DNA of 61,081 nucleotides, from positions 126,093 through 187,173 of the forward strand of contig ML992518.1 of NCBI GenBank assembly GCA_010093995.1. The letters are read 5' to 3'. The translations under genes and the position numbers were made by a program. Below the pieces are notes generated by a model, which searched no databases, had not been told where the DNA came from, and saw nothing but the letters and a program-made list of their open reading frames with translations. Shown piece after piece: positions 27,627 through 39,817 of this stretch. How positions within the stretch are numbered: the first letter of the stretch is position 1; each line of letters opens with the position of its first letter. The stretch comes from Elsinoe ampelina (taxonomy: Eukaryota).

Positions 27627-28333
27627 GGGCGTATTTGATTAGGAGCACTACAACTGGGATTGGTGGCAAATTAGATCGGTTCGCCTTCGATGCTGACAGA
27701 TTTTTGAGAGTCAGTATGGATGGCGATGCATGAGTCACAGTCACCCCTGTGACCCGCCACGAAAGCATCACGCCAAAACGGCAAAGTGTGAACAAGTCAA
27801 CTACATTCGATTTTGCACCTTTGCAGGCACGGGTATATGTCTAATCCTACTGGCCATGCATGAAGCCGACAATCCCAGCACCGTTTCCCAACAAAGTCAG
27901 CGCAGGTAGCAGAATAAGAAAGTAGAAGCTTTTGTCTAGCCCATGAGAACAACCTAGATCCAACTCCCAAAAGATCCCAAAAGTGAACCTGTACTGATAC
28001 ATCCTGACCCTTGAGCTAAATTAATTGACCGAATGATGGTAAGAAATGAATTGCGCCTTCCCTCCAGCAGTGATATCGATGACGCTTAAGTGGTATCTTG
28101 CGCTAAATGATGAAGCAGGCAGCAGGCAGCAGCAGAAGTAACACCGTAGCGAAGCGACCCCTCCAGCGAAGGGGCCCCATGGGTATCATCGATGCATTGT
28201 TTCTCTCTTTCTGTGGCAAACCCGAAACTCCTTCCGTTTCCTTTGCCGCTTCGATGAAGCGACAAGTACTGTTGTTGTTGTGCTGTCAATCTAGTGATGT
28301 GATGGTGTGATGACATTCTAGTGTGTCATGAAA

Positions 28334-29503
28334 TCAGGTATAGCGGAGGATCTCGTCGCAATTGGCATCGAAGCGCATGCTCCAGAGTCGGACACCGGTC
28401 ATGATCTTCTCCGTCTTGTCCATCTCCTTGTCACGACCGAAGATGCATTTGACAAACTCGACACCGCTGTTCTTGCCGACGACAACCTTCTTTGAAGAGC
28501 GTTCCTTCTTGGCGGCCTTGAGCATATACTGTTCACAGATCTTGAGAAGCTTGCTGAAGCGTTGCCAGAGCCGCTCGCCAGACTCGAGAAAATCGTCAAT
28601 CAACTCCTTGTCATCTGGGTTCCGAACGCGAGGCAACTTGCCCTCGGCACGTTTAATCTTGCCAGCTAGGTCGATAAGCAAGAGCCAGAGGTCACCGGCG
28701 ATCTCCGTGATTGGTGCGCCTGCTCCGTGGGTGGCGACGGTCCAGTCATAGATCCACTTGCCGAGCGAGTTGGCATCGAAGACACTGCCAAGGAGAAGGA
28801 TTGGCTCCTCCGAAGGATCCCAGTGCTTGAGTGAGAATCCTGCCGGGATGCCAGCACGACGGGCATCTGCATCGGTAGCCGCACGAGTCGTGGCGTAAGC
28901 CGTTTGAGGTGGAGCGTGTCTGGCAGAGTAAGATGCTGATCGCTTGGGTCGTGTCTGCTGTTCATATCCAGGAGTCTGAGCGTAATACCCATTAGTATGA
29001 GCCCCATGAGCATATTGTTGTCGATCGTACGGCGGCGGCGGTGAAGTCCGGTACTTTCGCTCGTACGTTGCGCCATGGTCTGCGTTCCCGTATTCGGCAT
29101 TGCGGCCACCAGTGTAGGCGTGATGCGACGACATTTGGGGGTTCGTGTAGTAGGCATTGCTTGCCCGGTATGGTTTACCGGAAGCTTCTGTTGTATACAC
29201 TTTCGGCTGGCGAGTTGACTTGCTGCGACGTCGATCTCCACTTACATGATCGTGATGGCGGTGCGACGAGCTGCGCTTTGGCTTTTCCTCCGGAGAGTAA
29301 TAGTATGTCCCTTGAGGTGCGGCGTATCCATATCCATCCGCTGTAGCGCGTCGTTTGTGCTTGGACGACGACTTTCCCGGAGAGGCTGTGTAGGTGGTGT
29401 AGTAATATTGTGCGCCCGCAGGAGATGAGGGAGACGCTTGATAGTCGTAGGATGTTGAGTAGTACGGTGAAGATTGGTATGTCGAGTACCGTGTGGAGAA
29501 CAT
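28334..29503 (-). CDS. Conserved fungal protein of unknown function (Tyr/Ser-rich N-terminus, conserved helical C-domain)
   Basis: 389 aa; C-domain AGIPAGFSLKHWDPSEEPILLLGSVFDANSLGKWIYDWT...RLWSMRFDANC. Confidence 0.8.
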   Translation of the reverse strand: MFSTRYSTYQSSPYYSTSYDYQASPSSPAGAQYYYTTYTASPGKSSSKHKRRATADGYGYAAPQGTYYYSPEEKPKRSSSHRHHDHVSGDRRRSKSTRQPKVYTTEASGKPYRASNAYYTNPQMSSHHAYTGGRNAEYGNADHGATYERKYRTSPPPPYDRQQYAHGAHTNGYYAQTPGYEQQTRPKRSASYSARHAPPQTAYATTRAATDADARRAGIPAGFSLKHWDPSEEPILLLGSVFDANSLGKWIYDWTVATHGAGAPITEIAGDLWLLLIDLAGKIKRAEGKLPRVRNPDDKELIDDFLESGERLWQRFSKLLKICEQYMLKAAKKERSSKKVVVGKNSGVEFVKCIFGRDKEMDKTEKIMTGVRLWSMRFDANCDEILRYT

Positions 29504-32061
29504 CCTGAACCTCCTCCGCGTCCGCAGACGCCTTTCTTCACGGAATCGTGTTTGTCGTCTCTTTCGTTATGTTCTTTCTCGCCTTGGATCTGGTTGTCGA
29601 GGACTTCCACGGAATTCGGACGCGCAAGGTGAGCCTCGAGAAGTCGACATTTGACGTTGGGAGTGAATCTGCCGTTTGCAAATCCAGAGCGAGACCAGTA
29701 AAGACCTCGCGACAAGCAGTGAAGAATGGATGTGTAAGCGACAGTTGTCCTTGTTGTGGAACGCGTTCGAAGGGAAAAGAGGAGGTTGGGGTCGAGGAGC
29801 AAGATGTAGATACGGGTGGTGTGGAACTGCGGGAACGGTCCAGTCCCGCCAAGGTCAAACAACCAAAGAGTCAAATTTTTTCGCCCAATTTCTCTGTGCG
29901 TGTGGCTGAGAGAACGAGACGATGAGCACGAAGGTGACTGCTGCCTGTGCTCTCAAAGTGGTCAGGGTGCGGCGGATGGAACGAATCAGATTCGTAATTT
30001 CGCAGCAGAGATTGAGGATTATTGGGAGACTCCGAGAAGGGGGAACAGGGGCGTTGAATTTTCCTTGGAAGGGCAGCGCAAGGATCGTGTCTTGCCGGGG
30101 GTGCCGCGTACGGGAGTGCCTGGCTTCGTACCAGGACTCTGTCAGAGCTGGTCCGTTCTCCTATCGATCTACAAATAGTGTGTCGCAGACCAACGAGTCA
30201 ATCTCGACCTTTTGATGATCGCTTGGAGAAGAAGCGTGAAGCGAGGAGGCGAAGATGCCTGTGGAAGTGTAGAGAATAATAACGTCTGGATGATGATAAA
30301 TGATCCTCGTGACAGGTTGTGTCTACGCGCGCGAGGGCAGGGAAGGGAAAAGGCTAGTAATGTATCTTCCCGGGTGGCAGTCCTGAAGTGTGCCCAAGGG
30401 CACCTTGCCATGCAAGGTCGGCAGTAGTGCAGAAGCATACACGTTGGGCTTGACTCGCTCTTGACCGCAGACCATCTTGCATCCGTCATCCTTTTGCCTG
30501 CATGATACTTGCACATGTACCTCAGCTGCATCTATTTCCATCGACACACACCATGAGCGACGACGACTATCGACATGGTCGTTCAAGTGATATTATTGCG
30601 CGCTGGAGTCAGCTGGCAAGGCCATCTTCCAGGGCTCCCCTCACTAGACCGGATGAAAGCCCTCAGCCAATAGCGCGGATCAAGCGTCTTTGCGATGGGT
30701 CGCCAGAGTCTGCGCTGCACCACACTCGTCACCTCGAGGTTGATGAACGATATGATGACTGTTGGGCAGCCTCTACATCAACGTCAAATCAGACGTCAGT
30801 AATAGCCCAGTCTCTTACAAGCCACGGAAATAGTATTGGACGCGTATTGGCTGGAGAGAGAGGGCGTATCGAAGTACCAGGCCGTTTAGCGGGCAAAGGA
30901 ATTCCGTCGTGCCACGCCGAGGGATCGAAGGATCACAGTCGATCACCTTCATCAGCCAATTCCGTGCCTCTCCAGGACTGTGGAACTGGCATCAGGACCT
31001 GCAGATTTTCTTGTTCCATTCCTTCGGCGGAGTGAACAACAGAAGCTGATGTTGGCGCCTAAGACTTCCAACAGAACTATTGATCTGTTCGCAAAATACT
31101 CTTGTGGTAGTGTTCTGGAAGTAGCTCCGGTGGCTTGCCTGACCGGTGTTCGGTCGTTCTACTGTACAAGCCACGCGAGACCTGGTGATGTCGAGTCAAG
31201 TGACCGCTCTGGTGTGAAAAGCCCAACAACGTGCGCTGTCAAGTTGAGGCGAGTCTTGAGTGACTTGTGGTACTCGATTGCGTTTTTGTCTTGGGTGATA
31301 CAAGCCGAAGAGATGCAGCAGGATTTGTTTTTGCTTTGCCGTTCTGTACGACCATCTGCTTCACCCAGGTGACTGGTGATCGATTGGAGAGGAGTGGCAT
31401 GCACGCGCCATACCGTGTCCACCTGCTTGGAGGTAAGGCTGGGTGTTAGAGATGTGATTCGACCGGGGAGGTTGCGGCAAGAAGGAATCAACGTTTGTGG
31501 GCCGTTCCTTCGACGCTGAACCTGCAAACTGCAAACACACCGACAAACGACGCCTTGCTGCAGATATGCCCAAAACAAAGCAGAGAACAGAAGTGTTGGG
31601 GTCCCAGATGCTTGGAGAGCGTTTACACCGCCAAATAATCTGATTCGTGAGGTCAAAATATTTCTAGTTGGACGTATATTGGACACGTCGGTTTCTTAGT
31701 CTAATGCTGCATGGGCACCCGACCATGACATGGCTTGCATACAGCACTCTTGACCGCAAAATTCGGTGCGTGGTCAGTCTTTCTCGCCATGCATTGGTAA
31801 TGACCAGATTGGGCCTCTGCATACCCTGCAGCTTGACCGCTTTGTGCGACGGCATCCAGCCCTGTCTACCTGCAAGCCGCCAGATCCAGATACCCTACAT
31901 ACGTTAGGACTCGAGATCAACCCGCGTCCAGTCCTTCGCGTGCCTGCGAGAGGTGTGCACGACGTCGGCATTGCTCGGTCGTCCTAGGGGGCTGGAACCA
32001 AGACTGGGATCCGGGATGAGGATAGGACAAAGTCATGCCTTTGACTTTCCCTTTCGTTCTC

Positions 32062-32766
32062 TCATGCCTGGCCACCCAGATACTTTTCAACATCTTCGTC
32101 GCGGTAGAAGAGGTCGCGTAGATGCGCATCCTTTCTCCGGAACTCCTCATCCAGCCGTCTTACCTTCCCAGCATCCAGTCGTTGTTGAGGCTTTTTGCTT
32201 GGTCGACTTTTCAAAGCAGCCGCTTCGTTGAGACCGTGGTGATTATGTCCCAACCCATGCCGGTCAGGTTTCTCCTGTGCTCTCACAGGATGCAGAATAC
32301 CTTGTCCTGTAGCGCCTAATCCCTGCCTCCGATCCGGATCCCAGCCATGGCTTTCTAGCATGTTCAAACCCTTCCGCTGTCTGTCCAATGAAGATGGCGG
32401 ATGACTATGAGGAAGACAAACCTGATGCGTGATACTTCCGGCATGTTCTTTTGCTCTCTGACCTTGTGTGACTGGTGTGTTGCAGACAAGGCAGACCGAT
32501 GGATCGATTTCTGGGGGATCGGAAGCCTTATCGACAGTCTCGTCTGCACCCGTTTGACATGGAGAGACAGATGATTTCCGTTTCAAGACAATATTGAGGT
32601 ATGTATTGCACGCTTCCTCACCAGATGTTGTGGGTATCGCGATTATTGGGGCTTCATCGCTGTGGGATGCGGCGACAAACGGGACTCTCTTGCGTTTGAT
32701 ACCGGCGCCGAAATATCTTTGATCCACTAGAGGAACTTCGTATTCTTCGTCCTCGTAGCGACTCAT
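32062..32766 (-). CDS. G-patch domain protein
   Basis: KGLNMLESHGWDPDRRQGLGATGQGILHPV...DRHGLG preceded by a C2H-C zinc finger-like motif. Confidence 0.88.
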   Translation of the reverse strand: MSRYEDEEYEVPLVDQRYFGAGIKRKRVPFVAASHSDEAPIIAIPTTSGEEACNTYLNIVLKRKSSVSPCQTGADETVDKASDPPEIDPSVCLVCNTPVTQGQRAKEHAGSITHQVCLPHSHPPSSLDRQRKGLNMLESHGWDPDRRQGLGATGQGILHPVRAQEKPDRHGLGHNHHGLNEAAALKSRPSKKPQQRLDAGKVRRLDEEFRRKDAHLRDLFYRDEDVEKYLGGQA

Positions 32767-32972
32767 GTGCGCGAATCTGTTGTCTTGAGGAAGAAGGCGG
32801 CAGGGCGAAGGTTGATGATTATCTGCAAGACTCGCGACCTGCGAGCATGACTAAGCAGCCAATTGCGCCCGAGTCATGTCATCAGCTTTGAAAGTCCCGT
32901 CCTCTTCCATCAACTCAAGATCGTGCCCGCTGAGATCTTCATGTACATCTTGTTCGAGCAGGTCAGACACTC

Positions 32973-34272
32973 ATGCCTGTCCCCGTGATCAGGCAGCTTC
33001 TCACCGAGGGGGTTGGCAGCGTGCCCTTGGCTCCTCTCCTCTTCAAGGTAGGCATCGCAATTGGGATCATCTATCTTCTGAAAGCCTACTTCCAAGGAGC
33101 CAGCAATGGATCGGAGCGTAACATGCACGGGAAGGTGGTTCTGGTCACTGTAAGTCAACATTCGGTCAGATGTCGCGACAGCAGGCTGACACGCTTAGGG
33201 AGGGACTTCTGGCATTGGAGCTGAGGTGGTAAGAGGATTGGCTTCTCGCGGAGCACAGATTGTGCTGCTGACCCAAGCGCCTGTCAACGACCTCTTCCTT
33301 ATCGACCATATCGAGGATCTCCGTACTCAGACTGCCAACGAGCTCATCACTGCTGAACAGGTGGATCTGGCGAGTCTCCACTCGATCCGCACTTTCGCAA
33401 CCAAATGGATCGATAATGCGCCTCCACGACGATTGGACATGATTGTGCTTTGCGCGAATACCATCACACCAAGAGGAGGAAAATTACAAAGTACCGAAGA
33501 AGGGTTGGAGGTCAATTGGGGCATCAACTATCTGGCCAATTTTCATCTGCTTAGCATCCTGAGCCCGGCATTGCGAGCACAACCAGCGGACAGAGAAGTG
33601 AGAGTTATCATTGGCAACTGCGTTTCATATCTGGCTGGCGAGCTTCCGATAGTGCCGAAAGAGAAGGGCGGCAAGGACAAGTCACAACCAAATCACGCCT
33701 TCAATGCTGGCACTGCATACGCTTCGTCTAAACTTGCGCTCGCCACTTTTGCCCAAGCCTTTCAGAAACATCTTTCGTCATACTCGCGACCGGACAAAAA
33801 GCCGATGAACACGAGGGTAATCCTGGCTGATCCTGGCTTCACACGTACGCCCGGTATGAGGAGGTTTTTGTCTTGGGGATCGTTAACAGGGCTTGGACTT
33901 TACCTTATTATGTATCCCTTTTGGTGGCTCGTCCTCAAATCTCCGGATTCGGGTGCTCAGAGCTTCTTGTACGCAGCCATGGAGGAGCACTTTGGACGTG
34001 GTGAAGGCGGTTGGCTGATCAAAGAGTGCAAAGAGATTCCATACGGGCGTGAGGATGTTCAGGACGAAGAGAAGCAGAAGCTGCTGTGGGAATACAGTGA
34101 AGCAATGATCCAAGAGGCAGAGAAACGTGGCGCGAAAACGAGGGCGGAAAAGAAGTCGAGGGAAGAGAAGAAGGCCGCCAGAACAGACAATGCTGGAATA
34201 AAACCAACGGCAGAAGCAACCAAAGCCACGGCACAGAAACAGTCGGGGTCACGCCGCTCGCGCAAAGCATAG
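32973..34272 (+). CDS. SDR oxidoreductase, PBR1/YNL181W-like
   Basis: MHGKVVLVT|GGTSGIG across an intron near 33150-33199; FATKWIDNAPPRRLD; YASSK. Confidence 0.85.
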
Positions 34273-34309
34273 ACTCATGCCGCTCAGGTCTACTCCGGTA
34301 CCCCATGCA

Positions 34310-35393
34310 TTATGCCCCCAAGGCTCCCAATATCTCGGTCGAACTGCCAATGAAGCCGTCCAGATTCGCGTTGTACCTAACCATCTGTCTGGCCGAGAAT
34401 GGGGACACGGTCTGGGATATATCATCGACGTATACGACATCATATCCCTGGAATATGTCAGTTCCGGCCGCCTCGACTGTGAATCAGAGCGAGCTACCTT
34501 GTAGTAAGCGTCGAGAAAGGTACCCCAGACACACTGATCCGCATTCACACCACCAAAGAAGAGTGTCGTGATCTGATTTTCTTCCAGCCAGATTCCTAGG
34601 GGTGTTTGGGCTCCCCACAGGCCGGAGAGACGGTCTGCAGATATCAGCCATCACTCAGCAAAATAACATGTCCTGGCGATACTCTTGTTGAAGTATAGGT
34701 CTGTCCCAGTCGCCAATCCCTCGACCATTGCTGGGTACAGATCTCCCCAAGGCTGGGCGTTCCCTGCACGAATGTTAGCGAAGCAATCTGCGGTTGACTT
34801 TCACGGCACCCACAACTTCCCCTCATCAACTTTCTACCAACACTAACTGCTGTTCCATTACTGGCTGTAATCGTGCCCATATCGCTGCCAAACGTGCTTC
34901 CCTCAACATCCGCATCATCACTGGCAAACCCTTCCTTGAAGCTCGCTGGCATTTCCACCAAGTCCTGTTCGGTCAACCCCCAATTCGTCCACAAGATCTT
35001 GCTACCGATGGCTCGGAAGCCGTTAATCATGTTCAGCGTGGGTGCCACCGCACCCCTCCCACCGCTGGCTCCTGGGGAAAGTTGCGGATCAAGAAAGAAA
35101 TTCTGCATATCGATGATGATCAATACGGTTCGGGACGGCTCGATGATGGCAGATTTGCGGGATCCTGTAAAGACGTTCTCAAGCAAACGCGGTTCAGTCA
35201 CCGGGAGGACTGATGAGCGAGTAAGGTCGTAGACATTACTACCTGAGGTGTTCTGGACGGACCAGTAGTTGTAGTAGTTGCCAATCGTCTGAGAGGCGGT
35301 TGTGTTTGGTGGCGAGGATGATATCAGTGGAGTAGATAGCGCAGTGAAAGGGAGGACCAAGGTCGACTGCAGCAGCATAGAAGACACACGCAT
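34310..35393 (-). CDS. Isochorismatase/cysteine hydrolase family protein with a predicted signal peptide
   Basis: IIIDMQNFF (Asp), YFNK (Lys), GGVNADQCV (Cys) assembled over three introns; hydrophobic N-terminus MRVSSMLLQSTLVLPFTALS. Confidence 0.85.
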
Positions 35394-36063
35394 AGTTAAT
35401 CGCAATTCGAGAATCTGGTGTTGCGGCCTCGATATCGTCGCCGCAATTCGTGGTATATATCTACCTTGGAGACATGACGTACATACGGATACATGTGCCA
35501 GAAGCTTATCTTCCCCTCTTTGTGTGACAAGTGCCGCTGCAGGTACAGACGCCATGCTCGCGAAAGAAGTCTCGGGGAAGAGAGATCGGCGGCATCCTGA
35601 CCTGGGCAAGTCGTGGGATGAACGACGAGCCAATCCGCTTGCGGAAGCTCAAAAGTTCACTTCTTACAAGGATAGCTGTCAGCGTCTTGAGCACGAGATA
35701 CTACTGGACCCATGTTTGGGTTTCTTTCTATCGAGATAAGTGAGTCATTAGCGTGGTAATAGGTCTTTCTAAACAGTTACAATAGCATTCACTGCTTGAC
35801 TACTGTACACAAGAACTCGACAAGGATGCTCAACAATCAACATGTCAGAGGAGGACAAAGAGCCTCTCAGCAACGACAATGCCTGCCCCAACTCCCAAAG
35901 ATCTGACGGTAGTTTTCGTCCTCGGTCACCTGGTGTTTCAATTCGTGGGTGCCACTTTCGAAAGAGTGATTCTTCTGCTACCCTATAGCACTGGTTTGCA
36001 CACTTCACTTCAATTCACTCTTTTTCATTCCGTCCTCTGATCAGCCATCTTCTCACCTTCATT

Positions 36064-36983
36064 ATGAAGACCATATTCGCTTTGTCTCTCGCTGCGTTGG
36101 CCACGGAGCTCTGTAGTGCCCACTACACATTTGACAAGCTCTTCGTCAACGATGTTGCAAAGGGTTCCGCCAACACGTATATCCGAAAGCACCAGAACGG
36201 GTATATGCCGACCAAGTTCAAGAACGCCCCCAGTGGCTCCATCTCGCCAACCAATGCCGACTTCACCTGCAATAAAGGGTCCCCCCCCCAGCGGCTCAGG
36301 TCATGTCTGTACAGCCAGGTGACAAGGTTGGACTCCAGCAAGCTTTCGGGGCCACAGGAATGATGCATCCCGGTCCTGTGCAGGTCTACGTGACGCCAGT
36401 CACCAATGCTGCATCCGGTGCCCCTCCAGCCGGACCGTGGTACAAGGTGTACCAGGCCCTGCTGTGCAAAGCTGGCGCCGCGAATACACTCCAGGCCACT
36501 GCGTGGTGCTCGTGGGGCGAGGACAAGATTTCATTCCCCATCCCGGCAACCCTCCCCAACGGACAGTATCTCGCTCGCGCCGAGCACATCGCTACCCACG
36601 GAGGACACGTTGGGAAAGCCGAGTTCTGCTACGCCTGTGCTCAAATTCAAGTAACTGGTACTACAGCTAGTAGTATTCCAGGCAGTAATGCCCAGATTCC
36701 TGGCGTGTACGCCCAGTCCGACTCAGCCGTCAACTTCAGCGTCTGGGGACGTTCGACCTCGTTCGACGCCACTCCTGGTCCAGCGGTCATTGCCGGCGGT
36801 ACGATCAGGGGATCTCCCAGTGGCGCAGGAGGAGACAAGTCAGTCACTGTCGCTGCTGCGCGCACTTCTACAAGCTCTGTTGCACCTGCCCCACCTGCCG
36901 CCCCTGCTAGCTCTTACAGCTCAGTCGCACCCGCAGCCTCTTCCACGCCTGCCAAGCAGCCCCCGACCTGTGGTGGTAATTAA
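36064..36983 (+). pseudogene. AA9 lytic polysaccharide monooxygenase, frameshifted at a C9 run
   Basis: Signal peptide + His1 (CSA-HYTF), HPGP, GQYLARAEH, EFCYACAQ; the frame breaks at the poly-C 36281-36289. Confidence 0.85.
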
Positions 36984-37692
36984 GAGACATTGGACGTGCA
37001 TTCCAGCATACGCAAGGTACAAGAGATGGTGAAGCACAGGAGACATCTGCTTTGTACTTCATTTCTTAGGATTGTACTAGCAGCCTGATATAGTTTTGGA
37101 TTTCATTCGAGGTTGGGAACCATATCACTTTCGTTAATGTCCGAAATGGATTTCACCTTACCCCTAGACACGCATTGCGCGAACAGGAGTTCCTCAACCA
37201 CTCAAATCGTGTGATGTTTTCTTTTGCACGGTAAAAGAAGCAGACTATCATAGTTTGAGACTGAGTCCAATTGTAGAGACAGGAAGCTCCATGAACGTGA
37301 CTTGAGACCACTACATCAGCAATTAGAAAAAGTACTGAAATGATCGGTTTGACTTTTTGTATGGCCTGAGATACGAATTGAACTCTACCTGTCAGTGTTC
37401 CATATTATGTGACCTTGCTGCTATTTTGACCACAGCAAGACAACCTTGCTTGCGAATCCTGCAACAGCAGTGATCTGCAGGATGCGAGACCTAGCGGACC
37501 GTCTCACAGTCAAGTCGGGCGATAAGCGCGTCATATAATGGGGCAATGCAGGCCTTCCGATTTGGCCCAGAGAGTCTCGATTATGTCTACCGTCGATCTC
37601 GAGTTTCTGGTTGTGCTTCTAGAACGCCAGGTGCTTCATGGCGCGAACTCCCGCTGGAGCATTATGGTCGACGGACGCTGCCTATATGGGTC

Positions 37693-39389
37693 TCATGCTG
37701 AATGTGCGAGCTCAAATGTTAGTACCATATTTGGGTTGCCACTAAAGTTAGAAGGCATGCGGTACGTGAAGTTCCAAAATTCGAAGTCACTGCGTCAAAT
37801 CAGTCGTTCGACCGCAGGTAGGAACAGACAGAGGCATACTTGACCACGGACCCTGAACCTCCGAAAGCACCTTGAAAGGTGACATTATATGTGTCTGCTA
37901 CGTTGCCTGAGACATTAATCTTGACGCCCTGCAAGTCTGCCCAATTGCTGACGTCACGTTTGGTCCTAAAAGGCGAGACCATGAAGCTGAACACAGATGA
38001 CGCAGTGCCGTAAGGGTAGGTCAAGTTGAGTACTCCAGGTCGAATATCTACCACGAGACTTGGTTCTGTGGAAAACCATTTCAGCCAAGCAATTTGATCA
38101 GGGGCGTTCCACTGCACGACGGCTGGACTCCAGGTACTGGGATTCAAAGCAGGACCTCCCGCCTTGGTCTCGTTGAAGGTTGAACCGCCAATCGTGATAT
38201 TGTCACTTAGCCAGGTAGTGATGTTTCGAGGGTATGAATCATATGGTGGCGAGAAAGCAGACGTCTCGACAATGTGTTCGCCTGGAAAGGTGGTTAATCG
38301 AGCAATAGCTTCCTCTGGAACGAGCTCGTTGTGGAAGCCGGCAAGGATAGCGATGACTGGTCCCCAAGCATAGTCGCCTGAATGGCTCATGGCGTACGGC
38401 TTGTTGATGAGGGGGCTTGCTTCTCGTCCGACCAAGTTCCAGATATGCAGCGCCAAGATGCTGAGGTACCGGGTCATGTCGTAGCCGTAAGTTCGATCCC
38501 ACGGGCCAGCACTATTCTTCATGCCGGCATGATAGAGATCAGTGACACTATTCCATGTATCTTGGAGCATCCGGCGACCATTTTGGCCCATGATGGAATC
38601 TTCGGGCATGTATCGGGCCCACAGCGAGAGAGCGTACATGGAGACCCCTGCGTAGGTTCCGCTGTTGAATTCGGACAGCGTATTTGCACGATTGAAGAGA
38701 TCCACAATCTGTCTCGCATCTTCTTCTCCAGCCCGGGTCATGTTTGCTTCACCCAGTCGGCGGCCTGTCCAGCCACTGACAAAGGCTCGCATGATGGCAG
38801 GATTGCTGTAGGCAGGGTACAAGTTGTCCCCATCGACTCCGCCGACTCTATAGCTGTCGCCGACAGTATTGTTGTACAATGATTCCAACATCAAGCTCTC
38901 CAGCTCTGGTGTAATCAGACCGGGAAATTCTTCGAGGGCTTGGATGAAAGCGGTGCCGACAAAGCCTCTCCAGTTTGGGTCCCAGCTGTTGTAGATCTTG
39001 GCCGGATATGCATTGCTGTCCACTGTCGGCTCTTCTGGATACTTCTGGTAGGTGCCGTACCATTGGTGCTGCGGGATGTTGTACTGCCCCGAAATCACGT
39101 TTCGAATAATTTGGTTCGCTTCGGCGGCGTCGTTGTCTTGGTTTCTTGCCAACAGCCCCGTCGCATACCACGCTGAGGCTCGAGTGACATGATTAAGAGA
39201 TGTCTGTGTGTTTTGCGAGACGTCGTAAAGATATCCTGCCTCGGGATCGTACAGGCCGTCCAGCCATGACATGGACTGATTGAAGAGGTCCTGTGCGTTT
39301 GGGGGAAGTGTAGATATGAACGAGGCCGAGCCTACGCAGATGAAGAGAGTCCCCACCAGGATGTGCCAACTATCGGTATAGAAAGGCAT
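37693..39389 (-). CDS. Conserved secreted protein of unknown function
   Basis: Signal peptide; long intact ORF with WDPNWRGF and EFNSGTY motifs; a terminal intron near 37790-37839 gives a DFEFWNFTY ending. Confidence 0.8.
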
Positions 39390-39817
39390 GACGAGTGATG
39401 ATAGAGAGATTTACTTCAGCGATGGAACGACTGTACCTACTGTCTTTATTCTCGCGCGCCAAAGTCAAAAAGTCCTGGCCGAGGCTTGGACTTTATCATG
39501 TCATCAGTCCGGCACGCGACCTTGATCCAGTAGAGATGATCGCTTGAGCACAATAGGAAGGAGATGCACAAGCGGAGCGGGGAAGATGAGAGGTAAATGA
39601 TATGAACAAGGCCAAAAAGATGGTCGAAAGGGAAAATTCACATCAGTTACTCCGAAGTTTCGGCGGAGAAGAGGGCGGAAAAATTCCCCACATCGTCATT
39701 CCCAAACTTTCCAGTTTCGAGGGTCCGCCCATTTTTTGCAGATCACCAGAAAACTTGACCACGGCATCATACCTGCGATCAGGACTGTCCGCTGGCCACA
39801 GCATATCACCTCGGACC

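Noticed and set aside
30000..32000. Several 60-177 aa ORFs in the intergenic stretch
   Set aside because: No recognisable motifs or codon bias; likely spurious.
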